UHGV virus genome: UHGV-0332176
Length of the DNA stretch: 64,000 bases
Source: a virus
Direction: 5' to 3' (one strand)
This document shows, one piece after another, positions 36,498 to 46,973 of the stretch. Numbering within the stretch: position 1 is the first letter of the stretch; each line of letters starts with the position of its first letter. The position numbers were made by a program, and so were the translations under genes. A model generated the notes under the pieces. That model worked only from the letters and a program-made list of their open reading frames with translations, was not told the origin of the DNA and made no database searches.

Positions 36498-37016
36498 ATG
36501 ACATCTAAAGCAAAAGTTAAAGGAAATTCTTGGGAAAGAGAATGTGCAAAAGGTTTAAGTAAAATTTTTGGATATAATTTTGAAAGATGCAAAGGTTCTG
36601 GGGCATTTGTCGGTGGGAAAAATAGTATTAGAAAAATTAAATTATCAGAAACACAATTAGTTTCATCAATGGCTGATATTATTCCGCCAACAGAAATGAA
36701 GAATATGGTCGTTGAATGTAAATTTTATAAAGATTTTCCATTTTATATGTTTTTACAAAATAAATCTATTCCTTTAATTGATTCTTGGATTGAACAACAA
36801 TTAGATGTTGTTGATGATATGAATTTTTGGTTTATTGCATTTAAAATAAATCGGGTTGGGAGTTATATAGTTATCCCTGAAAAAATATGTAATTTTATTG
36901 ATGATAGAATTGGAAATCATTCAATATATTATTATAATAATGAAAAATATATTGTTTCTGAATTTTTCCCATTTATAGAATTATATAAAAATGAAATATT
37001 AAAAAAGTCGGCTTAA
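36498..37016 (+). CDS. Hjc/RecU-like Holliday junction resolvase (PD-(D/E)xK)
   Basis: KGNSWERECAKGL...GSGAF...VVECKFYKD...FIAFKINRVGSYIVIPE aligns with archaeal Hjc blocks (KGSNAEREL..., IEVK, AVKF.NVGWRFIE). Confidence 0.5.
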   Translation: MTSKAKVKGNSWERECAKGLSKIFGYNFERCKGSGAFVGGKNSIRKIKLSETQLVSSMADIIPPTEMKNMVVECKFYKDFPFYMFLQNKSIPLIDSWIEQQLDVVDDMNFWFIAFKINRVGSYIVIPEKICNFIDDRIGNHSIYYYNNEKYIVSEFFPFIELYKNEILKKSA

Positions 37017-39070
37017 ATACCGACTTTAATTTTTCCATAATATCCATTTAAAATTACTTTGATAGATTCTTTTGAAATACTATATCCATCATAAGAACTA
37101 ATTTTTTTCTTAATTAATTCATCAGTACCTTTTATTTTATTTCCAGTAAAACGATATAATAAACTTCTGCATAAATTCATAAATGTTGGTCTATTTTTAT
37201 AGAAATTAAAATAAAAATATTCTGGTTTTTGTCCTTGTTTTAAACATTTTAACATAAAATCATATGTTGATGGGTCGCAACTAAATAATACGGTATCTGA
37301 TGATAAAATATATTTAATATCTTCTTGTACTTCACTTAATTTATTTTCATTAATATTTTGTTTTGATTCATTAAATGATATTGGATAATTATATTTGTCA
37401 CCTGTTGAAAAAACTTGATTAACATTATAGCGTTTTTTAGTATCTTTATTAATAATTTTAGTAATTCTTATCGGAGCATTATTTCGTAAACGAATTTCAT
37501 TTTCATCTTCATTAACCATTCTTAATAATATTGAATCATACCAACTAATATTTTTATCAGTTGCTTGTCCAACAAAAATATATGATGTTCCATTATAATC
37601 ACTATTATATGATTCAGCTTTATCATATTGTTTAGCCCAACAATTACCTGTTCCATATTCTTTAAGATGTTGTAATAATTCATTAATAGACAATTTTGTA
37701 TCAATTTCTCTATAAATGTTATTATCAATTAATTCATTTTTAATATTTTGTAAAATATGTTCTGCAGAATTACGATAAATGTCGTCAGTAATTTTAAATG
37801 CTAATGAATTTTGATTGTTCATATTCTTGTATATATAATTTATTGCTTGATTGTATATTTTTTCATATGTATTTTTTAAATGTATTTTGTTATTTTCCAT
37901 TTCATCAATAATAGCATCAAGATAATGGCTATAAGCAAGTTCCGTAAACAAAATGTAATTATTGATTATTTCACCAGTATCCCATCTGTTATTCCTAATA
38001 GCATTAATAACTTTATTAATGACTTGATTTTCTGAATTATCAGGAAGATTTAATTTTTTTCTGTGTTTTGCTTCTACTATAACATTTTCACCATTAAACA
38101 TTTTAATAACTGATTGTTCCATATTCATTCTTGGAAAATATGTTCTTAAAATTTTATTATTATCTAATTTTTTGGCTTGTTCAAGATACCATTTTTTCAT
38201 ATCATTATCAAAATCTTCAGGAATTAAATCATAATCTTGAAAATAAACATTATCATTAAAAGCAAATAAATGAGTTGCATTTTTTACATCATATTCATCT
38301 TCAACATACATATGTAATAATGGAGTGTCTGCTGACCAAATTGCAAATCCTGTTTTTGATAATAAAATACGATACCATTTATTTCTTTTAACAAAATCAT
38401 TAAATTCTTTTTTAGTTGGATTTAATAAAACTTCTGTATCGTCAATATAATCATAAGTTTCATATATATTATTTGAATTGGAATTCCATTCGCCATTATT
38501 ATCAATAGATTTTATTTGATTTGGTTCAAATGCAACCCATACATTATTTTCAGAAAGGTAGATACCATCAAATCCTAAATTTTTTAATATTGCAGTTGTA
38601 TCAATTGTATCATAACCTTTAACATTACGTTCTGGTCTTGACATTTGTAATCCGAAAAATAATTCATATCCTTCAAAGGTTTCAGAATTATTTCCTTCAA
38701 AAATTTTTTGTAAATCTTCATTAGAAATATATTTTTTTAATATGCTTTTTTTATATTTAACTTGATAGCCATAAAAAGGATTTTGAATAGAAAGATAGCA
38801 TTTCATTATTTTATTACCAAATGAGTTTTTCATAAATAAATCATCTTTTGATGAAAAATAAAATCCTTTTCCTTGTAAATTCATTGGATGTGATTTGGTT
38901 ATATCAAATGTATTAAAATCCGATTTTGTTCTGTGAATAACAACTAATGGATTGCCATTTTCATCTACAACCTTGCTATTATTAAACCATTTCCAAAAAT
39001 TATCATTTAATTTATTTTTAGATTTTTGTTTAACTTCTTTAATTAAATTACTATATTTTCCACGATACAT
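37013..39070 (-). CDS. Hypothetical protein (685 aa), likely tail/baseplate-associated by position
   Basis: A large ORF in the same minus-strand block as the gp25-like gene. Confidence 0.45.
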   Translation of the reverse strand: MYRGKYSNLIKEVKQKSKNKLNDNFWKWFNNSKVVDENGNPLVVIHRTKSDFNTFDITKSHPMNLQGKGFYFSSKDDLFMKNSFGNKIMKCYLSIQNPFYGYQVKYKKSILKKYISNEDLQKIFEGNNSETFEGYELFFGLQMSRPERNVKGYDTIDTTAILKNLGFDGIYLSENNVWVAFEPNQIKSIDNNGEWNSNSNNIYETYDYIDDTEVLLNPTKKEFNDFVKRNKWYRILLSKTGFAIWSADTPLLHMYVEDEYDVKNATHLFAFNDNVYFQDYDLIPEDFDNDMKKWYLEQAKKLDNNKILRTYFPRMNMEQSVIKMFNGENVIVEAKHRKKLNLPDNSENQVINKVINAIRNNRWDTGEIINNYILFTELAYSHYLDAIIDEMENNKIHLKNTYEKIYNQAINYIYKNMNNQNSLAFKITDDIYRNSAEHILQNIKNELIDNNIYREIDTKLSINELLQHLKEYGTGNCWAKQYDKAESYNSDYNGTSYIFVGQATDKNISWYDSILLRMVNEDENEIRLRNNAPIRITKIINKDTKKRYNVNQVFSTGDKYNYPISFNESKQNINENKLSEVQEDIKYILSSDTVLFSCDPSTYDFMLKCLKQGQKPEYFYFNFYKNRPTFMNLCRSLLYRFTGNKIKGTDELIKKKISSYDGYSISKESIKVILNGYYGKIKVGI

Positions 39071-39079
39071 TTAAAATCC

Positions 39080-39649
39080 TTAATAGCATAACATAATTTT
39101 TTCAACATTTCCTAAAACAGATAATGACATTCTTCTATCATATGCTTGAGTATAATTTGGTGTCCAATTTTCATAATATGCAGGGTCGTATTGTGGATTT
39201 AAATTTGATGTTGGATATGGAGCGTGAGTATAATCTACATTATCAACTTTTGAACTCATTATATATTCAGTTGATTTAGTATCAAATGGAGCAAATGGAG
39301 AACGAACCAATGGAAGATAACTTCTATCTAATTTTGCTCTTAACCAAACATATGAACCATCAACATTATAATAATCAGCTTGTCTTTTAACTAAAATAGG
39401 ATTATAATTAGAATATTCAATATAAGGAGTATTATTGGTTAAAGGAATAGTAAACCAATCTAAATCAGTTTTTGGTTCAGTTTTTAAAGACCCTTCCAAC
39501 CATATTCGTCCTGTAAAATTAGTTGTATGAATAACAATTGTATTACTTCTTTTATTTGTTTTATGCGAATTATATGCAACAGCTTTAATAGGTTTTCCAA
39601 TAAAATCTGTTTTACCGCTCATATTATCTAAAAGAACTTGTGTCTGCAT
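39080..39649 (-). CDS. Hypothetical protein (189 aa), baseplate block
   Basis: ORF with no motifs recognised. Confidence 0.45.
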   Translation of the reverse strand: MQTQVLLDNMSGKTDFIGKPIKAVAYNSHKTNKRSNTIVIHTTNFTGRIWLEGSLKTEPKTDLDWFTIPLTNNTPYIEYSNYNPILVKRQADYYNVDGSYVWLRAKLDRSYLPLVRSPFAPFDTKSTEYIMSSKVDNVDYTHAPYPTSNLNPQYDPAYYENWTPNYTQAYDRRMSLSVLGNVEKIMLCY

Positions 39650-41403
39650 TATAAATTTACTCCTGAAAGTTTTAAAACTTCTTGAATTTCATCGTCATTA
39701 TCTTCATTATCTTCATCATCCACAAATTTATTATATTCTAAAGTTGTCATAAAAATATCAATAATTTGACTTGCATCTTCTTCAGAATGGTCGCTTTCGT
39801 AATCATAAAATTCAGCATACATAGGATTAATATCTCCTTCTTCTTCACGAAATGAAATATCATTAACTAAATCCATATAAGATTTTTGACCATTATCAGC
39901 ATATTCTTCATAAAATTCTCTTACACTATGACAATCTTCAAATTCATATAAAAAAGCTCCTTTAAATTGTTCTAAATAGTGTGTATAATTATTATTATGA
40001 TATGTAGAATAATAATCATTATAATTTGGTTTAGGTGGATTCCATCCTAAATCTTTTAATTTTTCATATATATAATTTCCAATTAAATCAAATGCTGGAA
40101 GTGGGTTCAATTTTTCATAAACTTCTTTTTGCCAATATTCATTTTTAGAAGTAAACCATTTATAAACATCATAAGAACTATAATCTGCATTATTGGTTTT
40201 AAATAAAACATATAAAAATGTAGTAAAATCCATTTCCGAAGCAGAAGTATTAGAATCTTTTAAATAAAATTTATATAATGTTAATAAATCAGTATTTTCC
40301 CAACTAATTTCATTAATAAATCCTTCTGTTTGAGCAATTTTTTCCATTAATTTAGAAGTATCACTATATCCACCTTCATTATATCCAGTTGATGCAAATT
40401 CTTCAAAATCTTTAATATCTAAATATATGGTACTTTTAATTAAATCACGATAATCAATTAACATACAAATAATACCATCTTCATTATATGTTAAATTATA
40501 TTCATTTATAACATTATCTTCTTTATCATCATCCCATTCATCATCAATACTGTCATCTTCAAGAGATTCATATGAATTGGTTACGTTTTCTTGGGTTAAA
40601 AAGAAATCTAATAATTCTGGATTATCGTGAACAAATTCTCTAAATTTTACAGAATCATTTTCAGCATCTCTAAATTCTCTTGGTCTGTTACTATCACTAT
40701 CATTGGGAACAAATAATTGTAATTTCACTTTTTGATTTTCTTTATTAATAATTACATATAATTGACCATCAGCAGTATATGCATCATAATAATAACAGTT
40801 ATCTCCACCTGTACACCAAGAAGCTCCTCGTCTTAATGCTTTTGAACCTTCATATGTATGTGGTGTCCAAACTTCCCATTCATCTTCATTAAATAATAAT
40901 TCAACAGCTCCGTTCATATATAAACCAGGTTTTTTCTCACCTTGTAATTCTTTTTGGTTTCTTTTTGCATCTTTATTTTTTTGATTTGCTGTTAAATTAT
41001 TTTTGGCATCTTCTAAAGCATTTTTTAAATCTTCAATAGATTTATAACTGTTAATATCATTATTTGGTAATAAATTTTTTCTATTTTTTGCTTGAGTAAA
41101 TGCTTTAAGATATTGTTGCATTTTTTCAGGAGAAATATTTTTTAATTCTCCCAATTTATTCATTTTTAATAGCCAACGAATATAATTTTCAGGAGTTGAT
41201 GCCATTACTTCATTAGATAAATTTTGTATATTATTTAATACTGGGTCAAATGATATTAAATATTTAAATTCTTCATCAGATAAATTTGAAGCATTTTTTT
41301 GTCTTACATCTAATAATGATTCATTTAATAATGTGCTAAAATTAATATTATTAATATTAACTTTTTTCCCTTCTTTTATAATGTTAAAATAATCTAATTT
41401 CAT
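39649..41403 (-). CDS. Hypothetical protein (584 aa) with highly acidic C-terminal tail, baseplate block
   Basis: ORF that is ATGA-coupled to the upstream gp25-like gene. Confidence 0.45.
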   Translation of the reverse strand: MKLDYFNIIKEGKKVNINNINFSTLLNESLLDVRQKNASNLSDEEFKYLISFDPVLNNIQNLSNEVMASTPENYIRWLLKMNKLGELKNISPEKMQQYLKAFTQAKNRKNLLPNNDINSYKSIEDLKNALEDAKNNLTANQKNKDAKRNQKELQGEKKPGLYMNGAVELLFNEDEWEVWTPHTYEGSKALRRGASWCTGGDNCYYYDAYTADGQLYVIINKENQKVKLQLFVPNDSDSNRPREFRDAENDSVKFREFVHDNPELLDFFLTQENVTNSYESLEDDSIDDEWDDDKEDNVINEYNLTYNEDGIICMLIDYRDLIKSTIYLDIKDFEEFASTGYNEGGYSDTSKLMEKIAQTEGFINEISWENTDLLTLYKFYLKDSNTSASEMDFTTFLYVLFKTNNADYSSYDVYKWFTSKNEYWQKEVYEKLNPLPAFDLIGNYIYEKLKDLGWNPPKPNYNDYYSTYHNNNYTHYLEQFKGAFLYEFEDCHSVREFYEEYADNGQKSYMDLVNDISFREEEGDINPMYAEFYDYESDHSEEDASQIIDIFMTTLEYNKFVDDEDNEDNDDEIQEVLKLSGVNL

Positions 41404-41792
41404 TAATTTACTCCCAATGGAAAATATCCGTTTGATGGATTATTAAATTTATCTAATGTTATATCTAATTGCCATTCTTCAGGAATACCATCTAAATAAC
41501 TTATAGAACAATAGAAAACCCAACCTTTATCAATATCTACTGGTTCAATGCTTAATAATGTAAAACGGGGGTCTTCAAGAAATGTTTCAATAAGTTCATT
41601 TTGTATATCATTTCTAACTTGAATGGTTTTTGGTTGAAACAATTTATTTTTGATTGTTGTTCCAAAATTAGGGTCCCAATCACATTCACCTTTTGTTGTA
41701 TAAATTCTTAATAATAAATCGTGTTTAGCTAAATCTTTATCAATAAGAATCCCCCATTCATCATTTATTGTTGTATATCCAGTAATTGTCAT
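41403..41792 (-). CDS. Baseplate wedge protein, gp25/GpW-like
   Basis: LLLRIYTTKGECDWDPNFGTTIKNKLF aligns with T4 gp25 LLGIITTRKGSRPFDPEFGCDLSDQLF. It is ~130 aa. Confidence 0.65.
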   Translation of the reverse strand: MTITGYTTINDEWGILIDKDLAKHDLLLRIYTTKGECDWDPNFGTTIKNKLFQPKTIQVRNDIQNELIETFLEDPRFTLLSIEPVDIDKGWVFYCSISYLDGIPEEWQLDITLDKFNNPSNGYFPLGVN

Positions 41793-41830
41793 AAAAAATC
41801 CTTATATATAAAGATATTTATTGACAATTT

Positions 41831-41836
41831 TAATGT
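41831..41836 (+). promoter_or_regulatory. TTGACA -35 element in divergent intergenic region
   Basis: The region reads ATTTATTGACAATTTT; the -10 is weak. Confidence 0.25.
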
Positions 41837-41874
41837 TTAATGATAACCTTTCATATGATTAGAGGTTTAAAATT

Positions 41875-42900
41875 ATGAAATATATACTATTAACAGATAT
41901 ACATTTTGGTAATCACGGAAATAGTGATGAATTTAATCAAGAATGTAATAATTTTTTAAAATTTGTTGAAAAAACAATTGAAAATAGAGAAGATATTGAT
42001 GGAGCAATTTTTTTAGGAGATTGGTTTCATAATAGAAATTCTATTAATGTAAAAACATTAAAAGCAGGAATAGAAGGTTTATATACATTTGGTTCTATTG
42101 GTCGTGGAAATTCTTATATGATTATTGGCAATCACGATTTATATTATAAAGATAGACGTGATGTAAATAGTATTATTATTCCTGAAGGAGAAATTGGTGT
42201 TAATCTTGTAGAAGAACCAATTTATTTAGAAGAACAAAAATTTTTATTTTTACCTTGGTTAATTAATGAAGAAAAATTAGAAGATTATATTAAACAATAT
42301 AATCCTGAATATGTTTTTGGACATTTTGAAATTCCTTCTTTTTCTTTTAATAAATTAGTTAAAAAAGAAGGTGAATATAATCCTGAAAATTATAAAGGTC
42401 CAAAACGAATTTTATCAGGTCACTTTCATTTAAGGCAAGAAAAAAATAATATTACATATATTGGTAATTGTTTTTCTCACGATTTTTCTGATGTCAATGA
42501 TTGGCATAATAAAGGATTTGCTATTTTAGATACTGATAAAAATTCTTTAGAATATATAGAATGGAATGATGCTCCAAAATATTGTACATTTTCTATTAGT
42601 AAATTAAATAATATTAATTTAAGTAATAATATGTATTTAAAATTGGTGAATGATGTTCAAATGAAACAATTTGAAATTAATCAATTAAAAGAAGAATTAG
42701 AAAAGTTACCAAATATTAATGAATGTTTTATTTATCCAAATGAATTAGAATTAGCAAAAACAATTATTGATAATAAAAAATTAGAACATATTTCAGATAT
42801 TGAAACTTTAATAATTTCATTATTAAATGAATTAACAATGGAAAATATTCAAAATCAAAAATTAGTCAATATATATAAAAATTTACAAATAAATTCTTGA
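41875..42900 (+). CDS. SbcD/Mre11-like nuclease (T4 gp47 analogue)
   Basis: Has calcineurin-like phosphoesterase motifs LLTDIHFG, GDWFHN, GNHD and GHFH. Confidence 0.75.
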   Translation: MKYILLTDIHFGNHGNSDEFNQECNNFLKFVEKTIENREDIDGAIFLGDWFHNRNSINVKTLKAGIEGLYTFGSIGRGNSYMIIGNHDLYYKDRRDVNSIIIPEGEIGVNLVEEPIYLEEQKFLFLPWLINEEKLEDYIKQYNPEYVFGHFEIPSFSFNKLVKKEGEYNPENYKGPKRILSGHFHLRQEKNNITYIGNCFSHDFSDVNDWHNKGFAILDTDKNSLEYIEWNDAPKYCTFSISKLNNINLSNNMYLKLVNDVQMKQFEINQLKEELEKLPNINECFIYPNELELAKTIIDNKKLEHISDIETLIISLLNELTMENIQNQKLVNIYKNLQINS

Positions 42901-42930
42901 CAATATAAATTTAATTTTTATAATGTTAAA
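42897..42930 (+). promoter_or_regulatory. sigma70-like promoter TTGACA-16-TATAAT
   Basis: The region reads TCTTGACAATATAAATTTAATTTTTATAATG. Confidence 0.45.
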
Positions 42931-42959
42931 CGTTAATTATTATAAGGAAATTACTATTT

Positions 42960-43484
42960 ATGTATATTAATAAAAAAGACTATACAGGAGAATCTGCTCG
43001 TATGGGACAAACAGCAGAAGATTTATTTGAAAATTGGCTAAAATTAAATAATAGAAAATATAGGAAAGCAACATTATCTGAACAATTTAAACATATTGAT
43101 TTTATTGTTAATAGTGATAAATTGAAAAAAGAAATTAAAATAGATGTTAAAGCATCAAAAAAAGTTAATAGAAAAGACGAAGCTGAAAATACTAATTTTT
43201 TATGGGTTGAATTTAAAAATGTTCAAGGGAAAAATGGTTGGCTATACGGTGAAAATGATTTTATAGCTTTTCATAAAATAGATGAAAATTGTTTTTATTT
43301 AGTTGAAACAAAAGAATTGGCGAAGTTATGTGAGAAAATTTGTAACCAAGGAAATGCATTATATTCTAAAGATGCATTATATCATAGATATACCAGAAAT
43401 GGAAGAAAAGATGAATTATCAATGATATATTTTGATGATATAAAAAAATGTAATTATAGTATTATAAAATTAGGAGAAAATTAA
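42960..43484 (+). CDS. Hypothetical protein (174 aa); weak PD-(D/E)xK-like pattern (HIDFIV...IDVKASK)
   Basis: ORF with no other motifs. Confidence 0.4.
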   Translation: MYINKKDYTGESARMGQTAEDLFENWLKLNNRKYRKATLSEQFKHIDFIVNSDKLKKEIKIDVKASKKVNRKDEAENTNFLWVEFKNVQGKNGWLYGENDFIAFHKIDENCFYLVETKELAKLCEKICNQGNALYSKDALYHRYTRNGRKDELSMIYFDDIKKCNYSIIKLGEN

Positions 43485-44611
43485 TGACTCAAATCAGAGA
43501 TAGTATTGAATTAGATTTTTGTGATGTTTTATTTAGACCAAAAAGAACAACATTAAATTCAAGAAGTGAAGCAGATGTTATTCGTGAATATAAATTTAAA
43601 TATTATCCAAAAACAATTAAATCTTGTGGTATTATGGCAGCTAATATGGCTACAACAGGAACATTTGATATGAATGATGTTCTTCAAAAATATAAAGCAA
43701 TTACTTGTTTACATAAGCATTATACAGAATATGAAATAAAAAATTATATGACCATAAACAATATGGATGATTATTCTGACCATAATTCATTTACATTTAT
43801 TTCAACAGGTTTGAAAGATGATAAAGAACAGTTGTTTAGATTATTACAAACTGGGTCGCAGATTGATAAGATTTGTATTGATATTGCTAATGGTTATATT
43901 CCAAATTTAATTAATTTTGTTAAAGAAGTTAGAGAAAAATTTCCAAAATCATTGATTATGGTTGGTAATGTTGTTACAGGTGATATGACTCAAGATTTAA
44001 TTCTTAATGGAGCAGATATTGTAAAAGTTGGAATTGGACCTGGTTCTGTATGTACTACTCGTAAATTAACTGGAGTTGGAAGACCTCAATTGTCAGCAAT
44101 TTTAGAATGTGCAGATGCTGCTCACGGTGTTGGTGGTTTAGTCTGTGCAGATGGTGGGTGTACTTGTGCAGGTGATGTTGCAAAAGCATTTGGAGCAGGA
44201 GCAGATTTTGTTATGCTTGGTGGTATGTTTGCTGGTACAGATGAATCTGCTGGTGAAATTATAGAAAAAATGTATAGAACTAATGAATATAAATATCATT
44301 ATTTAACTGATAATTCTATTGAATCCGATAAACCAATTTTTGAGGTTAAGAAATTTAAACAGTTTTATGGAATGTCTTCACAACTTGCCCAAGAAAAGCA
44401 TTTTGGTGGTATGGCAAATTACAGAGCATCAGAAGGTAAAGTTGTTGAAATTCCTTATAAAGGTTCTGTTGAGAATGTCATTCAAGAAATACTTGGTGGA
44501 ATTCGCTCTACAATGTCATATATTGGAGCTAAAAGATTAAAAGATATTCCTAAATGTACAACTTTTTATAGAGTTAATAGACAATTAAATGAAGTTTTTG
44601 GAAAAAGTTAA
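43484..44611 (+). CDS. guaC: GMP reductase (IMPDH/GuaC family) with ~40-aa insertion
   Basis: Aligns nearly end-to-end with E. coli GuaC: [68 protein letters not shown] and GGIRS. An extra segment at ~aa 255-295 is not in E. coli GuaC. Confidence 0.8.
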   Translation: MTQIRDSIELDFCDVLFRPKRTTLNSRSEADVIREYKFKYYPKTIKSCGIMAANMATTGTFDMNDVLQKYKAITCLHKHYTEYEIKNYMTINNMDDYSDHNSFTFISTGLKDDKEQLFRLLQTGSQIDKICIDIANGYIPNLINFVKEVREKFPKSLIMVGNVVTGDMTQDLILNGADIVKVGIGPGSVCTTRKLTGVGRPQLSAILECADAAHGVGGLVCADGGCTCAGDVAKAFGAGADFVMLGGMFAGTDESAGEIIEKMYRTNEYKYHYLTDNSIESDKPIFEVKKFKQFYGMSSQLAQEKHFGGMANYRASEGKVVEIPYKGSVENVIQEILGGIRSTMSYIGAKRLKDIPKCTTFYRVNRQLNEVFGKS

Positions 44612-44850
44612 TGAAAATACCGCAAATATCAAATGAATTATATAATACATTAAATCCACAAAATAAAGAAAAACTTTATATTGTAGAAAATCCATCTGAA
44701 TATTCTTTATGGTCATCAACAATAACATATAAAAAAGGTGATAAAGTAAATTATCAAGGTAAAGTTTATATTTGTAAAAATGATGATGTCAATGGTATAT
44801 TTGATATAAAAGATTGGAAAATAGCACCAACATTAAAATTAATTGTATGA
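44611..44850 (+). CDS. Hypothetical small protein (79 aa)
   Basis: ORF with an ATGA overlap. Confidence 0.4.
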   Translation: MKIPQISNELYNTLNPQNKEKLYIVENPSEYSLWSSTITYKKGDKVNYQGKVYICKNDDVNGIFDIKDWKIAPTLKLIV

Positions 44851-44858
44851 GGTTAATA

Positions 44859-46973
44859 ATGGAATTAAATTTTAAAGAAATTAGAATTAGAAACTTTTTA
44901 TCATTTGGAAATGTTGAAGAAATTATTCCATTAAATAAGTGTTTATATCAAGTTATTATTGGTATGAATAAAGATAAGTCTAATTCATCATTAGATAGAA
45001 ATGGTGTTGGTAAATCAACAATTTTTGAAGCCATTCATTATGCTTTGTTTGGAAAATCTATTGGAAATAAAATTACATTAGGTAATTTAATTAATAACAT
45101 TAATAAAAAAAATATGGTTGTAACTCTTGTTTTTGAAAAAAATGGAGTTGAATATACTATTAAAAGAGGACGTTCACCTAATATTTTAATGTTTATGAAA
45201 AATGATGAAGAAATAAATGTTAATGAAGCACAAGGAGATTCCAGAGAAACACAAGTTGAAATTGAAAAAATTTTAGGAATGAATGAAGATGTATATAATC
45301 AAATTGTATGCTTATCTTGCAAAGTTCCAATTTTTAATGACCAAACAACAGCAAACCAAAAGAATATTATTGAACATATTTTAGGTATTAATATCATATC
45401 TGAAAAAATAGATGCATTAAAAGCACTTATTAAAGAAACTAAAAATGAATTTAATAATAAACAATTTGAGTATAATACTATTAAAACTCAAAATGATAAT
45501 TTAATGCAAACAATTAATAATCAAATTGCTGATATGAATACAGCTAAAGAAAAATGGGAAAATGAAATTAAACAACAAATTAATAATGTTGAAAATGTAA
45601 TTTCCCAAATGAAATTGATTGATATTGATACTGAAATTAAAAACTTTCAGTTGCTTGAAAATTATTTAACACAAGAGGGGGTGAATCAACAAAATCAGCA
45701 ACTGAAAGATTCTTTAAATAAACAAATACAAGAAAAAGATATTTTTATTAAAAATTATCAGATTCGTATTGTTGAATTATTGAAATATAATTTTATAGTT
45801 GAACGTCAAAATATTTTTTATAATGAGCAACTTAATAAAGAAAGAATTGCTTATGATATTGAAGAAAATAAATATAAAACTATTAAAAATTTTAAAGAAC
45901 AAAATCTTGATACTAATTTTAAACGTATTGCTAATGAAATTGAAAAAAAAGAAATTGAATTAGCAAATATTAAAGAAAATGTTTGTCCGACTTGTGGTCA
46001 ACCAATGGGAGTTGAAGAAGTTAATAAATTAAAAGAAAGTAAAAAAGAGGAGATTGTTCAACTTCAAAAAGAATTACATAGAATTGATATGGATATTTTA
46101 GAAGCAAACCATACTATTTCTTTATTTGTTCCAAAAGTATTTGAATTTAAACCAGTATCATTTAATGATATGAGTTCATTACTTGAAAAAGAAAATGAGT
46201 TAAATCAATTAAAATTACAATTAGAAAATATTGTTAAAGAAAAAAATGATTTAATTGAACAGGAAAATAAAATTGTTATTGTTGATTTAGGTATTAAACC
46301 ACAGACACATTATTCTAATATTCAAGAAGCATTACAACATCAAGCAACGTTAGAATCATTAGGAATTACTTTAAATAGTTTACAAAAACAATTATTAACA
46401 AATCCTTTTGAACAACAAGAAAAATCTATTGAAGAACTTAAAAAGAATATTCAAGTATTAGATGACGCACCAATTAAACAAATTCAAGATGATTTAAATC
46501 ATCAAGAAGTTTTATTAAAATTGTTAAATAGCCCATCATCTTTTATTAGAACAACAATATTAGAAAAATCATTAGAATTTTTAAATTCTAAAATTATGCA
46601 ATATTTAGCACAATTAGGTTCTTTACATATTGTATCATTTAATAGTGATATGTCATTAACAATTGAATATATGGGTATTCAATATGGTTATGTTTCAACA
46701 GGAGAAATGGGACGTATTACATTAGCATTAACATTAGCATTTAGAGATGTTTGGGAAACATTAAATAATTGTAAAATTAATTTATTTGCAATGGATGAGG
46801 TAATAGACCGTATTGGTTTAGATACTGCTGGAGTTGAAATGACAGTTCAAGCATTGCAAACAAAGGAAGATAAAAATGTTATGTTAGTTACACATAATGA
46901 TACATTAATTAATCAAGCACCACATTTAATGACACTTGTTAAAGAAAATGGGTTTACGGAAATATTAAAATGA
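44859..46973 (+). CDS. SbcC/Rad50-like ATPase (T4 gp46 analogue)
   Basis: Has Walker A DRNGVGKST, a long coiled coil, a CPTCGQP zinc-hook and a C-terminal LFAMDEV D-loop. The start was set at the ATG after a GAGG RBS. Confidence 0.75.
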   Translation: MELNFKEIRIRNFLSFGNVEEIIPLNKCLYQVIIGMNKDKSNSSLDRNGVGKSTIFEAIHYALFGKSIGNKITLGNLINNINKKNMVVTLVFEKNGVEYTIKRGRSPNILMFMKNDEEINVNEAQGDSRETQVEIEKILGMNEDVYNQIVCLSCKVPIFNDQTTANQKNIIEHILGINIISEKIDALKALIKETKNEFNNKQFEYNTIKTQNDNLMQTINNQIADMNTAKEKWENEIKQQINNVENVISQMKLIDIDTEIKNFQLLENYLTQEGVNQQNQQLKDSLNKQIQEKDIFIKNYQIRIVELLKYNFIVERQNIFYNEQLNKERIAYDIEENKYKTIKNFKEQNLDTNFKRIANEIEKKEIELANIKENVCPTCGQPMGVEEVNKLKESKKEEIVQLQKELHRIDMDILEANHTISLFVPKVFEFKPVSFNDMSSLLEKENELNQLKLQLENIVKEKNDLIEQENKIVIVDLGIKPQTHYSNIQEALQHQATLESLGITLNSLQKQLLTNPFEQQEKSIEELKKNIQVLDDAPIKQIQDDLNHQEVLLKLLNSPSSFIRTTILEKSLEFLNSKIMQYLAQLGSLHIVSFNSDMSLTIEYMGIQYGYVSTGEMGRITLALTLAFRDVWETLNNCKINLFAMDEVIDRIGLDTAGVEMTVQALQTKEDKNVMLVTHNDTLINQAPHLMTLVKENGFTEILK

